The notes under the pieces were generated by a model that had not been told where the DNA came from, did no database searches, and saw only the letters and a program-made list of their open reading frames with translations. The position numbers were made by a program, and so were the translations under genes. DNA of 63,227 nt, filler included, from Globobulimina sp. (Eukaryota): the NCBI GenBank assembly GCA_003354225.1. It is 46 parts of 46 records of this genome, joined end to end, with 100 filler letters (N's around TTAATTAATTAA, not from the genome) between each part and the next. Parts side by side here need not be neighbours in the genome. Positions count along the whole stretch, not along the records: positions 11,024 to 12,300 come from PIVH01019575.1; positions 12,401 to 13,677 come from PIVH01019576.1; positions 13,778 to 15,054 come from PIVH01019577.1; positions 15,155 to 16,431 come from PIVH01019578.1; positions 16,532 to 17,808 come from PIVH01019579.1; positions 17,909 to 19,185 come from PIVH01019580.1; positions 19,286 to 20,562 come from PIVH01019581.1; positions 20,663 to 21,939 come from PIVH01019582.1; 38 more parts are not named here. The stretch is one strand, 5' to 3'. Below are positions 11,189 through 22,562 of this stretch, piece by piece (the first letter of the stretch is position 1; every line of letters starts with the position of its first letter).

Positions 11189-12013
11189 TTATAATTTGTT
11201 GCCGCAGAATTTACAGAATACAGCATCTGGCTCATGGTCTTCTGTATTACATTCCGGGCAGATTTTGTTTGAAGTTCGAGCCGAGGCAATGTTAGTAAAT
11301 TCTGCAGTAACAATTCCGGTTGGAACTGCGATAATACCATACCCCAAAATCATTATGCAGCTTGCCAGGGCTTTTCCAAATGGGGTATGAGGTGCTACAT
11401 CACCGTATCCAACCGTTGTCAGCGTAACGATGGCCCAATATATACCCGTAGGAATATCAGTGAATCCATTTGTTTCTCCCTCGATAACGTACATACAGGT
11501 TCCGATAATAACCACAATTGTTATTACTGCTAACAAAAAAACACTTATTTTGCGCCGACTGGCTTTTAAGGCCGTTGTAATGATTTTGGCTTCAGAAAGG
11601 TATGCTGATAGTTTGAATACCCGAAATATTCTTAGAAGTCTTAGTATCCTGATATTCAATAAGTAATGACTGCCGGGGATGATAAGACTCATATAGGTTG
11701 GAAGAATTGCTAATAGGTCCACTATTCCAAAAAAACTGATAATGTATCGAACCGGTTTTTTAATACTGTAGATTCTAAGCAAATACTCAAAGGTAAACAA
11801 AATGGTAAAAAACCATTCCATTCCGTTTAAAATGGGTCCAAACATATCCCGGATAGCAGTAACGCTTTCCAAAATTACTGTTAGAACACTTAATATAATA
11901 CTCCAGATTAATATCACATCAAATAATTTGCCGGCTGGCGAATCTGTTCCAAAAATAATTTTTTGTAGAGCGCCTCTAAAATCATTATTTTTGGTATTTT
12001 GTTTGGAACTCAT
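11189..12013 (-). CDS. Bacterial voltage-gated-type K+ channel (ion transporter) with C-terminal zinc ribbon
   Basis: S4 LNIRILRLLRIFRVFK, pore TLTTVGYGD, C-terminal CPEC...CKFCG. Confidence 0.95.
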   Translation of the reverse strand: MSSKQNTKNNDFRGALQKIIFGTDSPAGKLFDVILIWSIILSVLTVILESVTAIRDMFGPILNGMEWFFTILFTFEYLLRIYSIKKPVRYIISFFGIVDLLAILPTYMSLIIPGSHYLLNIRILRLLRIFRVFKLSAYLSEAKIITTALKASRRKISVFLLAVITIVVIIGTCMYVIEGETNGFTDIPTGIYWAIVTLTTVGYGDVAPHTPFGKALASCIMILGYGIIAVPTGIVTAEFTNIASARTSNKICPECNTEDHEPDAVFCKFCGNKL

Positions 12014-12212
12014 AAGTTTCTTTTATAGTAAAGTTTTTAATAGATTTCAAATTATCAAATTTATATAATAAATCAACTATAAGCTGTCATCCTAAAAACC
12101 TTTATGCAATTCTATAATATTTAAATAAAGAATACTTACTTGAAGATTCTCATCTGACAGTCAGTATGATATTAAATACTAAAAATATTCAATAAAAGGA
12201 ATTAGAGTTGAA

Positions 12213-12300
12213 ATGAAACTTATTGATTTAACCCATGTGATGAGGACTGATATGCCGGTTTATCCGGGTACGGAGCCACAAACTTTTAAAACAGGTTGTT
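12213..12300 (+). CDS. Cyclase family (kynurenine formamidase-like) N-terminus, bacterial
   Basis: MKLIDLTHVMRTDMPVYPGTEP; AGGA upstream. Confidence 0.8.
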
Positions 12301-12421
12301 NNNNNNNNNNNNNNNNNNNNNNNNNNNNNNNNNNNNNNNNNNNNTTAATTAATTAANNNNNNNNNNNNNNNNNNNNNNNNNNNNNNNNNNNNNNNNNNNN
12401 AGCAAAACATGGTGTCCCCAA

Positions 12422-13014
12422 CAAGAATACTAAAATAACAAGAATATGTAACCAAGCTGAAAACCTGGTTCGCTTTGAGTACCCTATGAGTACAGCACCT
12501 ACCGAGCTCAGGTATTAGAAGAATTTAAAAAAAATCCACGGTGCTGAAGCATCTAATTTGTCAGAAATTTCGCGCATAAAGAAACTCCATCGACAATAAA
12601 GGCGATTATGATGAAGACAAAAAAATGGACTCCATACTGTCGGCCTAGCTCAAGAAGAGCACTGGATGCGTCCAGAGATTCAGGTTCAAATCCTGAGACT
12701 ACGCCAACCAAATACAAGCAATGAAATTAATTATAATGAATTGAATGAGAATTAATTGGGTTAAATTGGATTGGGATAAATTGAATTGGGAATAGAATAG
12801 AATTGGGCATCGATGATATAATAAAGAAGAAGGGAACCATCCCAATAACTGGCATATGAATAAAACGGCGCCAACCCCAGAACTGGCATCAATATGTATG
12901 TATGGTATGATATGAATACAGGCAGAAAATGCAAAGTAAAAGCAACAAGAAATAGTTTCAAAGCGAACCAGGTTTTCAGCTTGGTTACATATTCTTGTTA
13001 TTTTAGTATTCTTG
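12422..13014. mobile_element. Non-autonomous TIR DNA transposon (MITE), 593 bp
   Basis: Perfect 57-bp TIRs (12422-12478 / 12958-13014) beginning CAAGAATAC, flanked by the direct repeat TCCCCAA (12415-12421 / 13015-13021). Confidence 0.93.
12639..12710 (+). ncRNA. tRNA-derived Pol III cassette (SINE-head-like) inside the MITE
   Basis: A-box/D-arm TAGCTCAAGAAGAGCA, stem CTGGA-TGCG-TCCAG with a 4-nt loop, T-arm/B-box TCAGGTTCAAATCCTGA; the acceptor stem does not pair. Confidence 0.7.
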
Positions 13015-13072
13015 TCCCCAAAAATGTTAACTCTGAATAAAAATCAAAAAAAACTTGTCCCTTTACAACAAC

Positions 13073-13677
13073 ATGTCAGCGTTGTGTTGTTTGTTCGCTT
13101 TGTTTTTTCCGGTTGCTTATGAATGTTGTCCACCAGGTTTTACACAGTTTGCAATTGCTGACACAGGGGACACATGGTCCACAAATGGAGAAGTGGTGGC
13201 GTATGGCGCTGCACACAACACAGGATGGACATATGAGAGAGCACCAGACTCAGGAACGTTTTCTTGCAATAGTGCTGCGTTTGGAAATCTCACGCTATAC
13301 AATACCACAGACGCAGTCTGCTGTTGTTACGTTCATATTCAGCTATTTCTGCATATAGGTGTATTATATCCGGCCTTGCACAGATCAAGATCCACAGTTA
13401 TCTGCTCCCGCATCCTTTACCAACGATTGGCTCGCAGGTGACATTGACTGTGGAGAGTATAACGGAATTTATAGTTTTATTCCGTCCCGTTCGGCATCGC
13501 ATTACTGGAGATTTACACAACCAAATACGAGCGATGTAACATTTCGTGATTGTGGGAGCAGTCCTGATCCGACATTATTTCTGTACGACAGTGAGGGAAA
13601 TAGTTTGATGGGCGAGTCTGGCCCCACACAGTGCGATGGGGATGATTGTGCCAATGATTGGCTGCAATGTAGTGGTT
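13073..13677 (+). CDS. Secreted Cys-rich protein, spliced (intron about 13326-13383), 3'-partial
   Basis: Signal peptide MSALCCLFALFFPVAYE; VAYGA...CNSAAFG module; DPTLFLYDSEG (PPC-like) module. Confidence 0.65.
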
Positions 13678-13777
13678 NNNNNNNNNNNNNNNNNNNNNNN
13701 NNNNNNNNNNNNNNNNNNNNNTTAATTAATTAANNNNNNNNNNNNNNNNNNNNNNNNNNNNNNNNNNNNNNNNNNNN

Positions 13778-14905
13778 AACCAGTTATCGATAATATTCAT
13801 GAACAAGCTATAAAATATAGTAAATATGAAATTACGGTCCCATTATTAATCCATGCAATGGCAAGAATTTACAATTACAATGACAAAGATTGCAATGTAA
13901 CTCCTCAGGATACCATTTCCTATGCAATCGACAGTAAATTGTGGTCGTTAAATGGCTCATTCATTAAATTTGATCATTGTATTAACAGAAAAAATAAACA
14001 AAGCGAAGAAAATGACTCAGAAATGACAGAAATGCATAATAATTTCAACAATTTAGAAAATATCAATAATAATCAGGATAATATGCTAAATTTTGGTGGT
14101 TCTCCCAATGACAATGAGAGCCACCAAGACTTCTAAAAACATCTCAACCGCCACCTTCGTGGTGGTGTGTTATATTTGGTTATAAGTCCGAATTTTGTTT
14201 GACATCTTTGTGTATTTTTGTTTGTTTACAAATTATATACGCTAATTTTACGAAGTTTGTACAGATTAAGCAGATATAAATTGATATTGATCTTTGTTTT
14301 AATATCGTCCATTGAGTGAATTTTAGTAATTAGAAACACCAAATAGTATATTTTTCCTTTTCCTTTTTTTTGAGTTTATTAACACAGTTTGATTTACTTT
14401 TGTTTTTGTATTAACTGTGTAGTTAAACACTTTCCTTTGTGAGATATTCAAGTTTCAAATACATATATTATACACTTTTGTTTTTATTTCCTTTTGTTTT
14501 TAACTAAAAGTTTGTGTGTAATAATAAGTTAATTAAAACAGCTATTTAAATACACCAAAATATGCCAAGAATTAAACAAAAACCAGTCAAAGCATATTCA
14601 GTGGAATGGTTTGCAAGGAATCCAATTGTAGCAAACGCACGTTACAAACGGGTAAAACGCAAAATATTCAACAAAAACATTCAGAAAACCCATAGCAAAT
14701 ATTCGAAAAATAAATATCAACCAATTGTAAACCCCATCCATTGCAAAGAAAATAAAATAAAGATAATTACATGGAATGTTGATGGTGGAATGCACGCCAA
14801 TTCCTGTAAAAATGCAGATATTCAGAATTATATTAATATGCATAATCCGCACATATGTATGTTTCAAGAAACGGTTGGCTTTAAAAATTATAGAGGTTAT
14901 AAAAT
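13778..14905 (+). mobile_element. Non-LTR retrotransposon fragment: possible ORF1 end (to 14136), spacer, ORF2 APE-endonuclease start (14562)
   Basis: IKIITWNVDG and NPHICMFQET are the first two EEP/APE motifs; sequence after about 14905 looks chimeric. Confidence 0.7.
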
Positions 14906-16531
14906 TGCCTCAGAAAAGGAATTCGCGGAACTAAATGGGATGTCGCGAATTACCAATGATATTATCGGAATTACTGTCAGTCCGGGGCTTGAAGAAAAAA
15001 TGCAGACTTTGTCGGATCTGATGAAAGAAACCAATGAAATATTTGAAATGGGTANNNNNNNNNNNNNNNNNNNNNNNNNNNNNNNNNNNNNNNNNNNNTT
15101 AATTAATTAANNNNNNNNNNNNNNNNNNNNNNNNNNNNNNNNNNNNNNNNNNNNGACGTTTTGTTGACTCCGCCCTAAACGCTACCGTCCACTGCGCCCT
15201 ATAGAATATTTCTATCAGTGATGGGTATACGGTATCTGCTTTCTGGTCAAACAGGAAAGCAAAGAAAAGTTAATAGAAGCTCCGAAAACTCTGTCCTAAA
15301 AGAATTTCCGAAGCAATTTGGTTCTTTATTTATTGTATTGAAAAGTAATTTCGCGAAAGTTTTATTCCCTTGTGTTCTCCCCTTTCGGTTATGTGAAATA
15401 AGGGAAGAATTTCGTCCTGGTTATCATGACACGAACACTATGTGTCCCATACCCGGCTTTATTTTCATGTTTTATGTATTTTCTCGTATAACGGTGAACG
15501 TAATGATTCACTGCTCCATTTCAAGATCGCCATTTATCGTGTTACATTTGGTGCGTGTGCGTGCAGTATGCCCTTCTACATTCCCTTGGCTAAATCGTGT
15601 CTCACCCGGACTGACGCCGTCAAAACTACGGTATCTTTTCTGTCAACCGAGAAAAGAATAGGAATGAAACGTTACCTCATGTCTTGTATGTGTTGGTGCA
15701 AACATTGTGTGCTCGACAGATACATTCGTTTATTATTATTTTTGGTCATGGATTTTGGTAACTCATCATCAAACCTTTACCATACTACCTGTTTTTATTC
15801 GTTTTGACATTTATCGTGACTGTTTTTATTGAAGTGCCTTGCAGACACCTTGCATTGGGCATTTGTCACCAATTCATTCAACAGTCGTTTCCGACTTCTG
15901 ATTTGCACGTCAACCGGTGTAAATCAGCATTGTCCTTATATATTTGACGCTCCCTGTATTGTTCCACAATTAGCGCTTTGCCAAACGACTTGTGGTTAGT
16001 AATAACATGCTTACAACCATTATATGTTACCAAACAGTTTACCATCTCTGTTATAGATTGTACGTTACACAGTACATGTTTGATGCTTTTAGATTTGACG
16101 CTCCTGCACTACTGACACCAAGTTGTGCAATTGACGCCTCATTCATTCAACGCTTATTGGGGATTCGACGCTCATGATCGAATTCAGTCAATTTTCGTCC
16201 CCAGAAGCTCAAACTAGTTACTGAAACCTCATTCTTCCGTCCTAAACATGGATATTATCATAATCTGTGGTAAGACGATGTACTGTATATTGGTATTCGG
16301 AATTATTTTCCCAGGCTATTTACCAACTTAGCCTAATCGACTATAAGAGTTAATACTTCCTCTTATTACCTACTTGACCTACAACTATGGTACCATCTTT
16401 CAGAATTGCGCGTTTCTCCGTGCAAATTAATNNNNNNNNNNNNNNNNNNNNNNNNNNNNNNNNNNNNNNNNNNNNTTAATTAATTAANNNNNNNNNNNNN
16501 NNNNNNNNNNNNNNNNNNNNNNNNNNNNNNN

Positions 16532-16803
16532 AAATACATACAAATAATGGGAAATATGCATGTACACATTGTTCAAAAAGATTTTCAACACCATCAAAAT
16601 TGAAAATGCATGAAAGAAAACATACAAAAGAGAAACCATTTAAATGTAATTATAATGAATGCAGTCGATCATTCAGCACCAATTCTGCTTTAAAAAGACA
16701 TACGAAAACACATGAAAGGAAACATAAACCAGTGACAACAGTAGTATTGAATATTACTTTGCCCGTACTCCTATTTAAAAAAGATCTTGTTTTTAATTCA
16801 TAG
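16532..16803 (+). CDS. C2H2 zinc-finger protein C-terminus
   Basis: YACTHCSKRF...HERKH-TKEKPF-KCNYNECSRSF...HTKTH. Confidence 0.88.
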
Positions 16804-16897
16804 CACGTACTGTTGATTTATCAAAGATCACAACAAAAAACCATATATTAATTATATTATAGACACAAAAAATTAATATTTTATCGATCACTAGCAA

Positions 16898-17575
16898 TTA
16901 CTTTTTATCATGCAAAAATGCAACACATTTAAAATGATTATTTTGTTGGGCAATGGTATACGGCGAAACTCTTTTATTATTTTCAATTTTGAAATTTGCA
17001 TTCAATTTATGTAATGCTTTCAAACACTTCAAATGTCCTCTTTGCGCAGCAAAAAACGCCGGTGTCCTATGCTTATAATCCGTATCATTCATCGAAAACG
17101 TATACTTATTTAATAATGGGAGTAATCGGTCATGACCATGCATACAGCCATAATGTACTGGACTTCTTTTGAATTCCTTATCAGTATATTTCTCCAATGG
17201 GTTCAATCGAAACTTAACACCACTTCCTTGACACTCTCGTAACAGCCACCACAACGTCTCATATTCCCCTTCAATGGCCACTGGATTCAAAAATATGCGA
17301 AACCGACTATATTTTAACTGTTTCAGCGACTCAAAAAAAGCAACTTCACCAAACCGCGCACCAAACTGCAGCGGTGTGTCACCATTCAAATCTTGAATCT
17401 TTAGCGATTTCTGATGATTCTCAATTAAATACACCACCGCCGCAGCAGACTGATGCTCAAATGCATAATGTAACGGTATACGTCCATCTTCATCGCGTTC
17501 CTGCAATAAATTGATCTTCAATTTCCCTTTTTTTTTCAATTTATGCAACTGTTTCAGAAATTTAAATTGATTATG
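16898..17575 (-). CDS. Ankyrin-repeat protein C-terminal part (eukaryotic-like)
   Basis: GRIPLHYA, GDTPLQFGA, SPVHYGC, RTPAFFAAQRGHLKCLKAL. Confidence 0.85.
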   Translation of the reverse strand, partial: HNQFKFLKQLHKLKKKGKLKINLLQERDEDGRIPLHYAFEHQSAAAVVYLIENHQKSLKIQDLNGDTPLQFGARFGEVAFFESLKQLKYSRFRIFLNPVAIEGEYETLWWLLRECQGSGVKFRLNPLEKYTDKEFKRSPVHYGCMHGHDRLLPLLNKYTFSMNDTDYKHRTPAFFAAQRGHLKCLKALHKLNANFKIENNKRVSPYTIAQQNNHFKCVAFLHDKK

Positions 17576-17808
17576 CAGCGCTGCAATGTGCGCAAGCAAC
17601 CCTTCATCTACGGGGGCATTTAAATCAAGCTGTTCAAGCGCGTTTAAAAATTCAGTAGAGGTGTTCACACGCGGGGGCTGTAACAATAGTGGATATTGTT
17701 GCTCGCACCACTGGCTATAGCTTTGCTCAAGCATAGGTAAATCAAGTAGCCATTCACCTGGGTAGTCAATAATATCTAAATACAGCGTAGATTGCGGCGA
17801 AAAATGCC
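17576..17808 (-). CDS. ycjX: YcjX-family GTPase fragment (gammaproteobacterial-like), chimerically joined in frame to the ankyrin gene
   Basis: STLYLDIIDYPGEWLLDLPMLEQSYSQW signature. Confidence 0.85.
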
Positions 17809-17917
17809 NNNNNNNNNNNNNNNNNNNNNNNNNNNNNNNNNNNNNNNNNNNNTTAATTAATTAANNNNNNNNNNNNNNNNNNNNNNNNNNNNNNNNNNNN
17901 NNNNNNNNGGCTCGCCG

Positions 17918-18136
17918 TTATGGCCATGATACAGTGCAATTATTACCAGATTGGACCCGTTCAATTCCTGATGACTTCCCAGTTTTTGTTATTTTATAGG
18001 TTTTGTTATTTCGTAATGAATAGATATACGATTCATTAATTTGTAATTCTTCAATGATTGCGGTTAATTTATGACTGTATCGCATCCAATCTTCATTACT
18101 TATTCTCCATTGCCATGAGATTTGCATATTGTTCAT
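17918..18136 (-). CDS. WWE-like domain protein N-terminus
   Basis: WQWRISNEDWMRYSHKLTAIIEE pattern. Confidence 0.55.
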   Translation of the reverse strand: MNNMQISWQWRISNEDWMRYSHKLTAIIEELQINESYIYSLRNNKTYKITKTGKSSGIERVQSGNNCTVSWP

Positions 18137-18509
18137 TTTGATAAAACCAATAATTGTCAGTTTTAGTAATTGTCAGTTTCGATATACCGAACAAAGTGTA
18201 TGGTTATATAACGAAGAGAAGGATGTAATTTAATTATGGTTATAGATTACTAGCTCACTTCAAGAAAACCTCATAGACGACAAATGTTTAGGTTTATTGT
18301 CCAGTTTCGTCTCCTTTATGATATTAATTTTTCTGAATTTTTTCGTTTGATTGCTTGTTTTTAACAACACTCTGTTTACATGCGACAAAATATCCCGTGT
18401 CTATGACATGCGTATGTACAACACACAAGAGATAAATAGATTAATTTATATAACAAAGTCGAATCATCCATATTGATATATCAATACAATGACATTAAAA
18501 AATAAATAT

Positions 18510-19025
18510 TTACAATGCAGTACTTTGCGGAGTTTCGTTACCAGCATAAAGTGCCGGTTGTTCATTTTGTCTCTTATTAATATCAATTTTAACAGCATGT
18601 AAATCGACCAATAAATCTCCATTTTCATTTTCCTCACTATCCGTATCGTCCCATGCTGCATCCATTGCCATTTTATTTCTTATTTTTTCTTCTTTTTTTT
18701 TAATTTCTTTTGCTTTTTCTGGCTCACAATTCCATGCATCATTCATTGCGGCCACCGGTGGTGTCATAGGTTTAGGTTTAGGTTTCTGTTTTGGTTCCGA
18801 TGCAGCAATTTTGCCGTTTTGCTCTTTTAGCGATATTTTTTTTGACTGTTTTGCCTCTGCTAATACTACATCGCGACCGTATTGTTTTTTATTTTCTGAA
18901 TCAAACTCGACCGGCATAAGTCTCCTCTGATCTTTTTGAAATCGTTTATGGATAACATGTGCACCAATTATTGCACAGATAAAGCCTACTAAGCCAAAAG
19001 CTGCATATATACCAACTTCTGACAT
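18510..19025 (-). CDS. Single-pass membrane protein with charged cytosolic tail
   Basis: N-terminal TM GIYAAFGLVGFICAIIGAHVI, then a K/E-rich tail. Confidence 0.6.
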   Translation of the reverse strand: MSEVGIYAAFGLVGFICAIIGAHVIHKRFQKDQRRLMPVEFDSENKKQYGRDVVLAEAKQSKKISLKEQNGKIAASEPKQKPKPKPMTPPVAAMNDAWNCEPEKAKEIKKKEEKIRNKMAMDAAWDDTDSEENENGDLLVDLHAVKIDINKRQNEQPALYAGNETPQSTAL

Positions 19026-19751
19026 GACTACTTAGATTTGGACAAGAAAATGTTTTATATATATTAAGAACATAAATTTTAATAAAAACTAGCGACTGAG
19101 AACACACATGAAATTAACAATTGTCACAAATTAACACTTTGAAAATTAACTCGCTTCCTTTTCTTGTTCTTGTTGTTTTTGTGGTNNNNNNNNNNNNNNN
19201 NNNNNNNNNNNNNNNNNNNNNNNNNNNNNTTAATTAATTAANNNNNNNNNNNNNNNNNNNNNNNNNNNNNNNNNNNNNNNNNNNNTATGCCATTGAAATA
19301 CCTCTAATGTTAATGATACAGTTGGATGTTGTAATACATCTATCTATATATTCTCACCGAGAGTAGTTGCGATGCAGCAGAGTAGTGGTTGCATCAGGGT
19401 TACCTCGTGTTGACTAGACTGGCATATACTCTGCACCTCTATTACAAAAAGTCCCAATTAGTGGTTGAATCAAGTGAAATAGAGTGATTGAATAATGCAA
19501 ATAATTCACTAGCATGTGTCCTTTTTTAATATGCAACCATTTGGAAGAGGGTGTTGCATTTCCTATTGCATCAAGTTGCATGGTTAGTTGCATCCATTAC
19601 ACATGTTGTGCTGATAATGTAGGAGTTAAACTAGGATTGCTATAATAAAATCGGCAACAGATTAGTGGTTACTTATATTTTAGGGTCATACCTTTCAATT
19701 GATAAATGGACCATTAATTAATATAAAAGTTGTTTTTCAGGGTCAAGTTTG

Positions 19752-20049
19752 CAGGGTTCGTCGCGGTCAGCGAATTTGATTACGTTAGGGAAAAGTCTAG
19801 GAATTCAGTAATTTTTGGTAAAAGTCAGGGAATTTCGCCTTCCTTGCCAATGGCAATCTTAATGTCCAACCAAAGCACCAAATTTATCGAAAATTCTGGC
19901 CTTTGGCCAGATTCCACGGCCCAATAGTGATTTTTTTGTGTATTATTCCCAATCCTAATTTTCGCTAAAATTCTGGCCTTCGGGCAGGAGTCAGCGTATT
20001 TCGTTTTTTGGTCAGGGAAAATTAAATGAGCTGACCGCGACGAACCCTG
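19752..20049. mobile_element. MITE (298 bp) with CAGGG termini and 5-bp TSD (hAT-like)
   Basis: Perfect 20-bp TIR CAGGGTTCGTCGCGGTCAGC (19752-19771 / 20030-20049); GTTTG directly repeated on both flanks; internal TCAGGGAA subrepeats. Confidence 0.88.
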
Positions 20050-20834
20050 GTTTGGGTAAATTGCATTTTTGATTGTGGTCGTTGAATCATGTCCGTTCAC
20101 AGATACTATTGTTTACGTACTGGATGCAAACGAAAGTTTGCGCCCCCAACCATGCCTGTTGAGTTGCAAACAGACATTTATTTTGGTAGGTTAGGAAGAA
20201 AGGATTTGTAGAGGTTAAAATTGTTAAACTAGACTACCATTTCAGATTCACTGCAAGAATGTTGGGATCATGTTTATTTTCGGCACTTTCTATTGAGTTA
20301 CACATGCACGGTCTGTAGCACCGGTTGGGCAACAAACGCCGAATACATGCAGCACTTGGCTATCCAACATAGCGAATTGCCGCGACCATCTCCTACGTTG
20401 TATAGTAGTCCTCAAATGGTTGGTGATATGTTACGGGAAACATTGGAGTAAGTGCGAAAATAAAGAGCAGTTGACTGACAATGAAATACATATTTTAGCT
20501 TTTTTAACAATAACATTGTCCGCAAATCATTCAATGTTGGACCAGGTATGGCTTGTGGTTCTNNNNNNNNNNNNNNNNNNNNNNNNNNNNNNNNNNNNNN
20601 NNNNNNTTAATTAATTAANNNNNNNNNNNNNNNNNNNNNNNNNNNNNNNNNNNNNNNNNNNNGGATTTATGGATTTGATACTCTGCAATCATACGTAATA
20701 TCTTCAAATCATTAAAGTTTAATTCTGCGACAATGATTGTTAAAAAAATTGGTGCGACAATGATTTTTAAAACTAGTTTAAATTAAATACGTTTAAATTA
20801 ACCACAACAAAGAGTTGACAAGGAACAAATTAAA

Positions 20835-21830
20835 CTAGTTCCCACTAATTATGTTATTCCGAAATGGAGCAGCTATATCATCCTTTTGTGCTTGTATTCC
20901 GCTGCTATTTCCGATATTTGCTACTTCATCATTTCCATCGCGAATATTTTCAGAGAGAGAAACAAACAGTGTGTCATCAAAAGGATATCCTATTTTTGAT
21001 AATAATTTTGTTTTACTCCAACATAAGAATAAATGAATAAGCACCGATAATACTACTATACCAACTGCAGTCTTTATTTTTTGTTTATATTTATTTCTTT
21101 GTGTTTGAGAAATAAAAAAAGTAAATAAGAAATTAACAATAGTTGCAATGAGTGGCTCTTTTTTCCAATCTATCACCGAATATATTGTGTGATCCGCGAG
21201 AAATTGATATATTACACTCCAAATAATGTATATCGAATCAAATACAATGATCAACCAAACCGTTGATTTAAATTCAATAATTGAATAACATAAATAAAAA
21301 TCAATAATTGTAAAAAGCATCGTAGTGCCATGTTCCTGGTAAATTAATGGGTCATTCATATCTGCAGACTGCCACAATAAACTCCAAAATGCAATGGCCA
21401 CTGTTACTGATGCGGTTGCTGCTAAACATTGAACTTTTTCTGCATAACTACAATAACGAGCGCATCGAATATGACTGCCATCATTGATATTTTTATAATG
21501 AAGGTAGGAGACATACAATGATAATGTCATATAAATTATACATATTATTAGAGTCCACACTGTTAAATATATCAAAGATTTGCGTAAATTGAGAAGACTC
21601 GTAATTGAATCCCTAATTTCTTCCCAGATAAGGACGGTCCAAAAATAAATGCAAGCGAATGTTCTCCATATCAGAAAGTTTTTAGAAGAGAGAAAATGAC
21701 TGCATGCAATCGATATAGCTGCATCTTTTGGTGGAAGGTGCTTTGCCATGTACTTAAAACTCCTAAATATAAGATTTAAGTGTTCTGGAACCAAGCATGA
21801 AAACGTTTTAATTTTTGACGTTGTAGTCAT
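20835..21830 (-). CDS. Rolling-stone/FAR-17a-AIG1-like multipass membrane protein; in-frame 66-nt intron 21072-21137
   Basis: IYLTVWT, AFWSLL, QEHG, IYSVIDW motifs; about six TM helices. Confidence 0.7.
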   Translation of the reverse strand: MTTTSKIKTFSCLVPEHLNLIFRSFKYMAKHLPPKDAAISIACSHFLSSKNFLIWRTFACIYFWTVLIWEEIRDSITSLLNLRKSLIYLTVWTLIICIIYMTLSLYVSYLHYKNINDGSHIRCARYCSYAEKVQCLAATASVTVAIAFWSLLWQSADMNDPLIYQEHGTTMLFTIIDFYLCYSIIEFKSTVWLIIVFDSIYIIWSVIYQFLADHTIYSVIDWKKEPLIATIVNFLFTFFISQTQRNKYKQKIKTAVGIVVLSVLIHLFLCWSKTKLLSKIGYPFDDTLFVSLSENIRDGNDEVANIGNSSGIQAQKDDIAAPFRNNIISGN

Positions 21831-22039
21831 TGCATGTCCTTTAAAGGTTATCGACTTATTGTGTTCACTATTCTTCTATCCACAGCTATGCAACTAATGA
21901 AAGATGAAAAAGTTGATGATTGCGATGAAAAAATAAATANNNNNNNNNNNNNNNNNNNNNNNNNNNNNNNNNNNNNNNNNNNNTTAATTAATTAANNNNN
22001 NNNNNNNNNNNNNNNNNNNNNNNNNNNNNNNNNNNNNNN

Positions 22040-22206
22040 GTTGATGTGTTGGTGTTGGTATTGGATGATGTACAAAATCGACAGTGCACTGCTTTTTGTA
22101 ATGATTGTATTGGAGGGCATTTATAACGATTCCGAGTGAATCGATTAACATTGAATGGTTTGCTTGTATTCAAAACTCTGTAAGACCTACGAAGCAAAGA
22201 CGACAT
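22040..22206 (-). CDS. N-terminus of a mitochondrion-targeted protein
   Basis: MSSLLRRSYRVLNTSKPF...RF: Arg/Ser-rich presequence-like peptide without acidic residues. Confidence 0.5.
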
Positions 22207-22562
22207 TGTAAACTGATGGGATTGTTGAAAAGTGCAAGCAAAATTGTAATGTTTGTAGTTTTGATGAAAATAAAATTGAAATGCAGTCTTAGTTGACGTA
22301 TAATAGCGATATTCAAAGTATAAAATTAGAGATCATAATCGAATACGCCGAATACAGCTGTATGATTCTGTGGGTTCTTGGAGTCTGTGGGTAACTTAAC
22401 TGCAAAGACATTTTGTTTGGATCATAAGCCATCGCTAGAATGCAAAACTTTACTGTTTTTTAATCTTTTCTTTGGTAAAGTGATAAAAGCACATTAACAT
22501 TTATTCAAGAGCTAGAAACAGATAAATCGATAACAGAAAGCAAGAAACTTTTGAAATAAACC

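Noticed and set aside
12639-12710. Functional tRNA gene
   Set aside because: 4-nt anticodon loop and unpaired acceptor stem
15155-16431. Gene in an alternative genetic code
   Set aside because: Reading through stops in the part I translated gave no recognisable protein; left as unassigned non-coding or decayed DNA
16898-17734. Novel YcjX-ankyrin fusion protein
   Set aside because: Only an internal YcjX piece with an abrupt compositional switch; best explained as a chimera
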